48,697 bases of DNA. It comes from an uncultured Thiohalophilus sp. (GTDB taxonomy: Bacteria > Pseudomonadota > Gammaproteobacteria > UBA6429 > Thiohalophilaceae). Made by a program: the position numbers and the translations under genes. Every line of letters begins with the position of its first letter. Positions within the stretch are counted from its first letter, which is position 1. Positions 38,362-48,697 of this stretch are shown piece after piece. Location of the stretch: contig CAZQVV010000004.1 of the NCBI GenBank assembly GCA_964596835.1, positions 1-48,697 on the forward strand, written 5' to 3'. The notes below the pieces were generated by a model. It was not told where the DNA came from. It worked only from the letters and a program-made list of their open reading frames with translations, and did no database searches.

Positions 38362-39684
38362 TCAGCCCTTCAGGCTTCTGGGGGGCATGATCTCACTTTT
38401 CAGAAGAATGATCTCTTCAGGAAAATCACAGATGAAAGCGCTGCCCCGGCCAATTTCACTGTCAATGCGCAGATCAGCCTGATGCCGTTGCAGGGCGCGC
38501 TTAACGATGGCCAGCCCCAGCCCTGAACCTCCGGTATGGCGTGAACGCGCGATATCCACTCGGTAAAACCGCTCGGTAAGACGTTCGACATGATAGGGGG
38601 CGATGCCGATGCCGGTATCGTTCACCTCGAAGTGGGCGCCCGTCTCATCCCGATACCAGCGAATCCGAATAGCTCCACCCGCGGGCGTATAGTGAATAGC
38701 ATTCACCACCAGATTGCTGAATACGCTATCCAGCTCCCTGGGATCCCCACGCAGAAACAGCTCGCTATCCACTTCGAACACCAGGGTATATTTATTCTCG
38801 CCGCTGATGATCTGCGCCTCTTCATGCAGACTTCCCAGCATCTGTGGCACATTCACTATTTCACTGCGAGGCCCTACTTTGTCATTGTCTACATTTGACA
38901 GCGTCGTCAGATCGTCCGTCAGCTGGCGCATGCGGATCGCCTGCTGCTGCATCGCCCGGAAAGTATGCTGTAGACGCTCGGCATCCAGATCGTCACAGTC
39001 TTCCAGCAGGTTTTCCAGATAACCGTTGATCACTGTCAGCGGTGTGCGCAATTCGTGGGAGATATTGGCAACAAAATCCCGCTGCATTTCTTCCACTCGT
39101 TTGGTCAGCGTCACATCGGACACCACCACCAGTTTCTGATTATTGCCATAGGGCACGATCTTCAGGGAGAGAATTTTCAGCTCGGCGATAGGCGAGGGAA
39201 AGTGGACCGCTTTTTCCTTATCCGTAGCCCTGAAATATTCCATAACCTCAGGATTGCGCAGCAGGTTGGTGAGACGCCGATCAACATCCTGGGGATATTT
39301 CAGCCCCAACAGTTCACCGGCCATTTCGTTCCACCATTCAATCTCGCCCTGCTCGCGCAGGACAATCACACCCTCGGGCAGAGCGGCGGTGGACTCACGA
39401 AAACGACTCAACAGCCTGACCAGTTTTTTGTTGCGGCGGCGTTTGCGCTGCTGCATGTGGTAGATCTCTGTAAAAATGTGGCCCCAGAGACCGTGGGATA
39501 GCGGCGGCGAGTATTTTTTCCTCTGCTCAAGCCAGCGCGCCAGCCTGATCAGGTTGCTGAAGTACCAACCAATCCAGGCCAGCATAAAGATCAACAGCGC
39601 AGTTTTGACGTGACCCGCCATCGTCCCCAACAGGATAGCAAGCAGGCCCAATACCACAAATTGCCAGAACTCTTTCACCGCCAT
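38362..39684 (-). CDS. phoR: Phosphate regulon sensor histidine kinase PhoR
   Basis: Two N-terminal TM segments, PAS, SHELRTPLTVINGYLE, GGSGLGLAIVK. Lies directly downstream of phoB. Confidence 0.92.
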   Translation of the reverse strand: MAVKEFWQFVVLGLLAILLGTMAGHVKTALLIFMLAWIGWYFSNLIRLARWLEQRKKYSPPLSHGLWGHIFTEIYHMQQRKRRRNKKLVRLLSRFRESTAALPEGVIVLREQGEIEWWNEMAGELLGLKYPQDVDRRLTNLLRNPEVMEYFRATDKEKAVHFPSPIAELKILSLKIVPYGNNQKLVVVSDVTLTKRVEEMQRDFVANISHELRTPLTVINGYLENLLEDCDDLDAERLQHTFRAMQQQAIRMRQLTDDLTTLSNVDNDKVGPRSEIVNVPQMLGSLHEEAQIISGENKYTLVFEVDSELFLRGDPRELDSVFSNLVVNAIHYTPAGGAIRIRWYRDETGAHFEVNDTGIGIAPYHVERLTERFYRVDIARSRHTGGSGLGLAIVKRALQRHQADLRIDSEIGRGSAFICDFPEEIILLKSEIMPPRSLKG

Positions 39685-39690
39685 GCGGAT

Positions 39691-40392
39691 TTAGACCCGT
39701 TTGGAAAATCGGTAGCCGGAACCACGCACGGTCTGGACATGCCCATCATAGTCGAAGGGCGCCAGAGCCTTGCGCAAGCGCCGAATGTGAACATCCACGG
39801 TGCGATCCTCAATATAGACCTGATTTCCCCACACCTGATCCAGAAGCTGGTCGCGGCTGTAAACCCGTTCAGGGTGGGTCATAAAAAAGTGCAACAGGCG
39901 AAACTCGGTGGGCCCCAGTTTCACTGTCTTACCTTTAATATTGACCCGATGGCCGGCAGTATCAAGGCTAAGCCCCTCGATCACCACCATTTCTTCTTCC
40001 CTGCTTAGCCCGGAACGCCGTAACAGCGCCTTAATCCTTGCAATAAGTTCTTGAGTTGAAAAGGGTTTTGTAATGTAATCATCCGCGCCAACCGCAAAGC
40101 CCTTAAGCTTGCTAGACTCTTCACCGCGAGCGGTGAGCATGATGATAGGCAGATCACGGGTGACCTCTTCCCGCCGCAGACGCCGGGCAAAATCAATGCC
40201 GCTGATCCCTGGCAACATCCAGTCCAGCAGCACCACATCCGGCCGCGACCGGGCAATCACATCGGTCGCCTCGCGAACATCCTCAGCTTCAAGCACTTCA
40301 AAACCTGCCCGCGCCAGGGTAAAACTCAGCATCTCCCGAATGGCCAATTCATCCTCAACCACCAACACTCTGGAATTATTCTCGTCCGTCAT
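39691..40392 (-). CDS. phoB: Phosphate regulon response regulator PhoB (OmpR family)
   Basis: [26 protein letters not shown], winged-helix [14 protein letters not shown]. Start trimmed to ATG 40392; the open frame runs to 40473. Confidence 0.92.
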   Translation of the reverse strand: MTDENNSRVLVVEDELAIREMLSFTLARAGFEVLEAEDVREATDVIARSRPDVVLLDWMLPGISGIDFARRLRREEVTRDLPIIMLTARGEESSKLKGFAVGADDYITKPFSTQELIARIKALLRRSGLSREEEMVVIEGLSLDTAGHRVNIKGKTVKLGPTEFRLLHFFMTHPERVYSRDQLLDQVWGNQVYIEDRTVDVHIRRLRKALAPFDYDGHVQTVRGSGYRFSKRV

Positions 40393-40412
40393 AGCGTATC
40401 CCGTTATGAATA

Positions 40413-40430
40413 ATGACAATTTTATGACAT
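40413..40430 (-). promoter_or_regulatory. Pho-box-like site 1: ATGTCAT-AAAA-TTGTCAT (minus strand)
   Basis: 7+4+7 architecture. Each half matches CTGTCAT at 6/7 and the spacer is A/T. Lies 21 nt upstream of the phoB ATG. Confidence 0.55.
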
Positions 40431-40474
40431 ATTGATACCTTATCGTATCAAGATCAGTATTACACCCATGCAAT

Positions 40475-40492
40475 ATGACATTGACATGACAG
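40475..40492 (-). promoter_or_regulatory. Pho-box-like site 2: CTGTCAT-GTCA-ATGTCAT (minus strand), with possible -10 TAATAC 12 nt downstream
   Basis: The halves match at 7/7 and 6/7. The position is suitable for an autoregulated phoBR promoter. Confidence 0.6.
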
Positions 40493-40729
40493 ATCTCCCA
40501 AAGCCTGCTTTTGCCTGTAACAAATTAGATAAAACGTGAATAATCACACATTTGAAGGGTCCCCCCCTATTAAATAAAATTACTTTATATATAATTTATA
40601 ATGCAGGATGTATGCTGCACAAATCAGTTCTTAAGCCCCTAACCTACGAAAAAATTGTGCGAAACCCCGTAAGAATTAATCTAATGGCCCCTGATTAACT
40701 GCCATTACAAAATAACACAAGGCCTCAAG

Positions 40730-41386
40730 GTGAAACTGCTACTATTTATTGCTCTCATCCTTATCTCCCCCCTGAACCACGCGGAAGACATCCAGTATGT
40801 CAGCGACCAGCTGGTCATTACCTTACGCACAGGCCAGGGCAGCACATACCAGATCATCCGCACCCTGCCCAGCGGCACCAAACTGGACGTTCTCGAAATG
40901 ACCGATACGGGTTATGCCAGAGTCAGAACCGAGGACGGTGATGAAGGCTGGATCCGCTCCCAGTACCTGAGTCCGGAGCCCATCGCACGATTAAAACTGC
41001 AAACAGCGGAAAAGAACCTCGATAAATTAAACGCTGAAAATACCCGCCTGCAGGAAGAAACAAAGAAACTGCGCAAACAGCGACACGAACTGAAGAGCAC
41101 AAATAAGGATCTGCTGACCAGGGTCAAGACGGCAGAAAGCGAACTCAGCCGACTCGGCAAAGTCGCCGCCAAGCCTATCCTGCTCGACAGGGAAAACCGC
41201 AAACTGCAACAGCAGAATATTTCCCTGGAAAAGAAACTGCAAATGATAGCCCAGGAAAACCAGGTGCTCCGGGACCGCTCCCAGCGGGAATGGTTTATCG
41301 CCGGGGCCATCGTCCTGCTCGGCGGCATATTTCTGGGACTCTTGCTGCCCAAAATCCGTTGGAAAAAGAAAAACAGTTGGAAATAA
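40730..41386 (+). CDS. SH3-domain protein with coiled coil and C-terminal membrane anchor (YgiM/TIGR04211-like)
   Basis: Signal peptide, bacterial SH3 (YARVRTEDGDEGWIRSQYL), long coiled coil, C-terminal TM FIAGAIVLLGGIFLGLLL. GTG start. Confidence 0.8.
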   Translation: MKLLLFIALILISPLNHAEDIQYVSDQLVITLRTGQGSTYQIIRTLPSGTKLDVLEMTDTGYARVRTEDGDEGWIRSQYLSPEPIARLKLQTAEKNLDKLNAENTRLQEETKKLRKQRHELKSTNKDLLTRVKTAESELSRLGKVAAKPILLDRENRKLQQQNISLEKKLQMIAQENQVLRDRSQREWFIAGAIVLLGGIFLGLLLPKIRWKKKNSWK

Positions 41387-41402
41387 CCAAAACTAATTAA
41401 AC

Positions 41403-42734
41403 ATGAGTCCGTCCTCTATTTCCGATAACAAGACTTTTGTCCGCTGGTTTCGGGATTCCGCCCCTTACATAAACGCCTTTCGTGAGCGTACTTTCGTCAT
41501 CGCTTTTGGTGGCGAAATGCTGGCGGACGCGCAGTTCTCAAGCCTGGTGCATGATCTTGCCCTGCTCAACAGCCTTGGCGTCAAACTAGTGCTGGTGCAT
41601 GGGTGCCGCCCACAAATCGAAGCCCGGCTAAATAAGCGCCAGGCCCGGCTACGGTATGTTAATGGCCTGCGCATAACCGACGATGAGGCCCTTCTCTGCG
41701 TCAAGGAAGCCGCCGGTTGCGTGCGCCAGGACATTGAGGCGCTGTTATCCATGGGACTGACCAATTCACCGATGGCCGGCGCCTGCATCCGGGTGCTCTC
41801 CGGCAATTTCATCACCGCCCAGCCGCTGGGCGTGCGCGATGGCGTGGACTACCAGCACACTGGTGAGGTTCGGCGGATTGATACACCCGCACTCCGGAAT
41901 CTGCTGGATTCCTCCGCTATCGCCCTGCTCTCCCCCATCGGTTATTCCCCCACCGGAGAAATTTTTAATCTTAATGCGGAAGACGTGGCCTCGGCCGTGG
42001 CCTCGCAGCTCAAGGCTGATAAACTGATTTATCTGGTCGATGGCAAGGGTCTGACCGACAACCGCAACCGCCTGATCCGTGAACTCACCCTCAGCGAGGC
42101 CCAAACACTACTGGAGAAAAAACACAAACGGAGTGAAGCCATCCAGCACTGCCTACAGGCCGCTATCCGCGCCTGTGGCCAGGCCGTGGCGCGCGCCCAT
42201 ATCATCAACCGCAATGTCGATGGCGCCCTGTTGCTGGAACTGTTTACCCGCGATGGCAGTGGCACCCTGCTAATGGCCGATCCCTTTGAGGATACGCGGC
42301 AGGCCAGGCTGGACGATATTGGCGCTATTCTTGAACTCATTACGCCGCTGGAAGTCGAGGATATTCTGGTGCGCCGTTCGCGTGAAAAACTGGAAATGGA
42401 AATCGAGCACTTTACGGTGGTGGAACGTGACGGTGCCATTCTCGCCTGTGCCGCACTGTATCCTTATATAAAGGAAAAAATCAGCGAGCTGGCCTGTCTG
42501 GCGGTACACCCGGATTACCGCACCCAGGGTCGCGGTAATGCCCTGTTAAGCTATATTGAAAAACAAAGTAAACAACTCGGTATCAAGCGGTTGTTCGTAC
42601 TCAGCACGCGCGCCTCACACTGGTTTCGTGAGCATGGGTTCAGGCTTGACTCGTTAGATCGACTCCCCGTCAAACGACAAGCACTATACAACTATCAGCG
42701 CAAAGCAAAGGTCTTCATCAAGGAGCTTGCCTGA
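41403..42734 (+). CDS. argA: N-acetylglutamate synthase (amino-acid kinase-like domain + GNAT)
   Basis: Colinear with E. coli ArgA as remembered (SAPYINAFRERTFVIAFGGE..., VLVHGCRPQIEARL). C-terminal GNAT (QGRGNALL). Confidence 0.92.
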   Translation: MSPSSISDNKTFVRWFRDSAPYINAFRERTFVIAFGGEMLADAQFSSLVHDLALLNSLGVKLVLVHGCRPQIEARLNKRQARLRYVNGLRITDDEALLCVKEAAGCVRQDIEALLSMGLTNSPMAGACIRVLSGNFITAQPLGVRDGVDYQHTGEVRRIDTPALRNLLDSSAIALLSPIGYSPTGEIFNLNAEDVASAVASQLKADKLIYLVDGKGLTDNRNRLIRELTLSEAQTLLEKKHKRSEAIQHCLQAAIRACGQAVARAHIINRNVDGALLLELFTRDGSGTLLMADPFEDTRQARLDDIGAILELITPLEVEDILVRRSREKLEMEIEHFTVVERDGAILACAALYPYIKEKISELACLAVHPDYRTQGRGNALLSYIEKQSKQLGIKRLFVLSTRASHWFREHGFRLDSLDRLPVKRQALYNYQRKAKVFIKELA

Positions 42735-43594
42735 TGGAAACTTCGGACAAGGCCGGGACAGACTCAGCGGCCACCCGCCCTTTTTTAAAATGGGCCGGCA
42801 ACAAGTATCGAGTCCTTGAACAGATCCGGGCACTGCTGCCGCAAGGACAGCGGCTGATCGAACCCTTTGCCGGTTCCGGCGCCCTATTCTTGAATACCCG
42901 CTACCCGAGCTACCAGCTCTGTGATACCAATGCCGATCTCATTAAACTGTATCAATGCCTGAAAAAGGAAGGGAGCGTTTTTATCCGTGCCTGTAAGCGC
43001 TATTTCAGTGGCACATACAACAACGCTGATAGTTATTATGTCTTGCGCGAACGATTTAATACAACAAACAATATACGTCAGAAAGCGGCTCTGTTTGTCT
43101 ATCTCAACCGGCACGGTTATAACGGCCTCTGCCGTTATAATTCAAAGGGCGGTTACAATGTCCCTTTCGGACGCTACGTGCGACCCTATTTCCCAGAAAA
43201 AGAAATGCTGGCCTTTCACCATAAGGCGCAATCAGCAAATTTTAAAATCTGCTCATTTGAGGAATCACTCAATCTCGCTCGTGCAGGCGATGTAATTTAT
43301 TGTGACCCGCCCTATGTCCCACTATCTGACAGCGCTAATTTTACCCACTACAGCGCTGGCGGATTTGATCTTCAACAACAGCAAAAACTGGCGCAACTGG
43401 CGCAACAGCGCTGTCACGATGGAATTCCGGTTCTTATTTCAAACCACGATACCCACTTCACTCGTGAAATCTACTCCCATGCCGATACGTTCGGACATTT
43501 CAAAGTTCGACGCCTCATCAGTTGCAATGGCCAAAAACGAAAGCACGCCGATGAAATTCTGGCTTTGTTCGACATTCCGGACAAACTGCCCTGA
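42734..43594 (+). CDS. dam: DNA adenine methyltransferase, Dam family (alpha-class N6-MTase)
   Basis: FLKWAGNKY, motif I EPFAGSGALF, motif IV YCDPPY. The start overlaps the argA stop (TGATG). Confidence 0.88.
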   Translation: METSDKAGTDSAATRPFLKWAGNKYRVLEQIRALLPQGQRLIEPFAGSGALFLNTRYPSYQLCDTNADLIKLYQCLKKEGSVFIRACKRYFSGTYNNADSYYVLRERFNTTNNIRQKAALFVYLNRHGYNGLCRYNSKGGYNVPFGRYVRPYFPEKEMLAFHHKAQSANFKICSFEESLNLARAGDVIYCDPPYVPLSDSANFTHYSAGGFDLQQQQKLAQLAQQRCHDGIPVLISNHDTHFTREIYSHADTFGHFKVRRLISCNGQKRKHADEILALFDIPDKLP

Positions 43595-43714
43595 AATATG
43601 CATTTATATACCCCTGTTTTAATAATCGAGATATAGATAAGATGTCATACAACGGTTAACAAATTATATTTGGGAGCAGCGTAAAAACTGGTTGGTTATG
43701 GCACGAGCCAGATG

Positions 43715-43903
43715 GCTGTTCCAAATACCAGTACACTTTAGGAATGGCCGTTCGCCCTGAGCTTGTCGAAGGGTGAATAGCCTTAAATATGGGTGTTTCA
43801 GGTTTACGTTCATGGTTCGACAAGGCTCTCCTGGGCGAAGCCGAAGGGCTCACCACGAACGTGGAAATCCACTAATGATCGGGTATTTGGGACGCTTATT
43901 TAG
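43715..43903. mobile_element. Family-A MITE-like element, copy A3 (left terminus diverged)
   Basis: gctgttccaaatacca...ctttaggaatggccgttcgccctgagcttgtcgaagg ... cgggtatttgggacgcttatttag. Confidence 0.65.
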
Positions 43904-44014
43904 ATAGCAATCGGCGAATAGCTTCTACTCTGAATGCAAATTTCTGGATATGATCTGACAGGATATGATCTAAATGACTGCTCCTAATACAAAAGAAACC
44001 ATGAGAAGAACCGC

Positions 44015-44557
44015 ATGAACAATCCATTCCAGGAACAACTCCTTAAATCAGGCATCGTGAGCAAACAGCAGGTGCAAAAAGCAAATAAGGACAAACAGAA
44101 AAAGAAAAAACAACAACGCAATCAAAAACAGCCGGCTATCGATGAAACCCGTCTTAAAGCCCGGCAGGCGGCCGACGAAAAAGCCAGACGCGATCGTGAA
44201 TTAAACCAGAGAAAACAGGAGCAGGCTCGAAAAAAAGCGGTTTCTGCTGAAATCAATCAACTCATCATAGCCAACCGCATTGAACGAGATGAACAATGCG
44301 ATATTCCCTACAACTTCGAACATCAGAAAAAGGTTAAACGGATTTACGTTAATGATGAAATGAAACAAAAAATCATACGGGGAAAATTAGGCATTGCCCG
44401 CATAGAAGGCCGCTATGAACTGGTGCCCCGCTCCATTGCGGAAAAAATTCAGCAACGAAATGAAAAACGCGTCATTTTGTTTGATGATGAGAAACCCGTG
44501 GTTGATGAAAATGATCCCTATGCCGAATATGAAGTTCCAGATGATTTGATTTGGTGA
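44015..44557 (+). CDS. DUF2058-family (YaiL-like) basic protein
   Basis: MNNPFQEQLLKSGIVSKQQVQKA followed by a Lys/Gln-rich coiled region and a conserved C-terminal domain. Confidence 0.75.
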   Translation: MNNPFQEQLLKSGIVSKQQVQKANKDKQKKKKQQRNQKQPAIDETRLKARQAADEKARRDRELNQRKQEQARKKAVSAEINQLIIANRIERDEQCDIPYNFEHQKKVKRIYVNDEMKQKIIRGKLGIARIEGRYELVPRSIAEKIQQRNEKRVILFDDEKPVVDENDPYAEYEVPDDLIW

Positions 44558-44696
44558 TTTGTTACTCTCCCTCATGGGCCGGGCTTTACTCGTCTTGATC
44601 AATATCTTAACTGTCAGCTTCGCAATAGACTACGAGAAATGAGACCCATAGAGATGAAATTTGCAGAGATTCAAGCATCACCCCAGGCCGCGACCA

Positions 44697-47393
<2,697 letters not shown>

Positions 47394-47407
47394 CGGGAGA
47401 ATAGCCC

Positions 47408-48445
47408 ATGTCTTATGGTGAATGGCGACCCTATGTGCCGGTTGCGAAGCGGCGCGCCGACGCGGTTCGGAAAATGAAACAACTGCGCAGCAAGGGCGCG
47501 GAGATCGAAGGCATCGAGATCCAGGGCCGCAACATCGCCCACAGCTTCTGGGGCAAAGCCTGGTGCAAACATCTGGAACAATTCAGCGACTTCGACAATC
47601 GCCTGCCACGCGGCCGAACCTATGTCCGTAACGGTTCGGTCTGCCATCTGGCGATCAAAAAGGGGGAAATCGAGGCCATCGTGTCCGGCTCTGAGCTATA
47701 CCATGTCAATATTCAGATCACCGCCCTGGCCTCCGCCAAATGGAAAAATATACGCAAGCAGTGCGCGGGCCAGATTGGCTCGATGCTGGAATTATTACAG
47801 GGGCGACTCTCCAGCCAGGTGATGGGTATCGTGACCGACCCTGCAAAAGGACTGTTTCCTCAGCCCCGGGAAATCAAGTTCCAGTGCGACTGTCCCGACT
47901 GGGCCGACATGTGCAAACATATCGCTGCCGTGCTCTACGGAGTGGGCGCCCGGCTGGATGAAAAACCGGAACACCTGTTCACCCTGCGCAAGGTCGATCA
48001 CCTGGAACTGATCTCGGCAGATCTGGACATGCAGACGGCCACCACTAAACAGGGGAAACGACGCCGGCTCGCAAACCAGGATCTCTCAAATGTGTTTGGC
48101 ATTGATATCGAAGAGGCCACCCCGCCGCTAAAAAACCGAAAAACACCGAAGAAAAAAACCGCCCGCCGTGTAAACCCTGCCAAACAGTCCCGGAAGACTA
48201 CAACAGTGGCACGCAGCAAACCCACGGCCCGCAAGACAAAACCCGTCGTGAAAAAAAAGACTTTTACGCAAACCGGCGCAGCCGTTGCCCGGCTGCGTAA
48301 ACAGCTCAAACTAAGCCGCTCTCAGTTCGCCGATCTGATTGGTGTAAGCCCACAGAGCATCGCGAACTGGGAAGCCAAACGCGGAAAACTCAAACTTCAG
48401 ACACGCACGCTGGAGGCGCTCAGCCAGGTATGGTTACAACAATAA
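47408..48445 (+). CDS. SWIM zinc-finger protein with basic linker and C-terminal XRE-type HTH
   Basis: SWIM CxCxnCxH (FQCDCPDWADMCKHIAAVL). Lys/Arg/Pro-rich linker. C-terminal LRKQLKLSRSQFADLIGVSPQSIANWE. Lies 14 nt after the SNF2 stop, preceded by a GGGAGA SD. Confidence 0.85.
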   Translation: MSYGEWRPYVPVAKRRADAVRKMKQLRSKGAEIEGIEIQGRNIAHSFWGKAWCKHLEQFSDFDNRLPRGRTYVRNGSVCHLAIKKGEIEAIVSGSELYHVNIQITALASAKWKNIRKQCAGQIGSMLELLQGRLSSQVMGIVTDPAKGLFPQPREIKFQCDCPDWADMCKHIAAVLYGVGARLDEKPEHLFTLRKVDHLELISADLDMQTATTKQGKRRRLANQDLSNVFGIDIEEATPPLKNRKTPKKKTARRVNPAKQSRKTTTVARSKPTARKTKPVVKKKTFTQTGAAVARLRKQLKLSRSQFADLIGVSPQSIANWEAKRGKLKLQTRTLEALSQVWLQQ

Positions 48446-48552
48446 ACCACCTTGCAGCAAACACTGTGGGGCTATAGTTAACGTTAAACTCTTGCCCACC
48501 TCATTTGCTCCTGGCATTTCTCTCCTCGTTCCTGGCATTTTATGTAGCCTTT

Positions 48553-48627
48553 GTAGGGTGGGCACGGGTTTTGTGCCCACAGGCATTTCCTTGTAACGCG
48601 TGGGCACAAAACCCGTGCCCACCCTAC
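48553..48627. repeat. Perfect 28-bp inverted repeat (19-nt loop) whose arms are each themselves 8-bp hairpins
   Basis: gtagggtgggcacgggttttgtgcccac at 48553-48580 is the exact reverse complement of 48600-48627. Each arm contains gtgggcac-N7-gtgcccac. Confidence 0.9.
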
Positions 48628-48697
48628 CCTGTCGATATGACTCTTAACCTAAACCCGATTTTTGCACTTTCTCATGACGGCCTCCTAACCCGGATAA

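Noticed and set aside
42734-43594. Dam as part of a restriction-modification system.
   Set aside because: There is no candidate endonuclease on either side. argA lies upstream with an overlapping stop/start, and a MITE plus DUF2058 lie downstream.

Overview
This 48.7-kb window looks like chromosomal DNA from a gammaproteobacterium-like organism. That call rests on gene content only (rnt, grxD, sodB, argDF, argA, phoBR-phoU, urtABCDE, ureDABCEFG); no search was run. About 42 genes are supported.

Gene content, left to right:
- An intact integron-type tyrosine recombinase sits at the extreme left edge. Its attI site and cassette array would lie outside the window.
- RNase T, a SulP anion permease, a ClC channel and a solitary dynamin-like GTPase follow.
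- A secreted TlpA/thioredoxin fusion protein and monothiol glutaredoxin come next.
- An AsnB-type amidotransferase sits beside a HyuB/oxoprolinase subunit that has no HyuA partner.
- Then come sodB, argD-argF and a bifunctional APH-like kinase/P-loop protein.
- A 13-gene minus-strand run encodes a porin, urtABCDE and ureDABCEFG.
- Diverging from that run is a 1126-aa hybrid histidine kinase plus a REC-LuxR regulator.
- A Sel1-repeat protein follows, then phoU, a truncated pstB remnant, phoR and phoB with Pho boxes.
- The right end holds an SH3 protein, argA translationally coupled to an orphan Dam methylase, DUF2058, and an SNF2 helicase with a SWIM-HTH protein.

Nearly every intergenic region carries short structured repeats (MITE-like) of at least four families. 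These include one nested composite with perfect 24-bp terminal inverted repeats.

Best candidate for an undescribed system: the hybrid kinase has an N-terminal half that is an NCS1/CodB-like permease fold, followed by an 8-cysteine cluster. With its LuxR-type regulator it faces the urea uptake and urease operon, so it may be a transporter-derived urea/amide sensor.

Secondary candidates:
- the SNF2 + SWIM-HTH pair
- the decayed pst locus
- an in-frame TGA in a DUF3175 gene
- the integron integrase with a LexA-like palindrome whose spacer is 1 nt short

All homology statements come from reading motifs by eye. No database search, HMM or GC calculation was performed.
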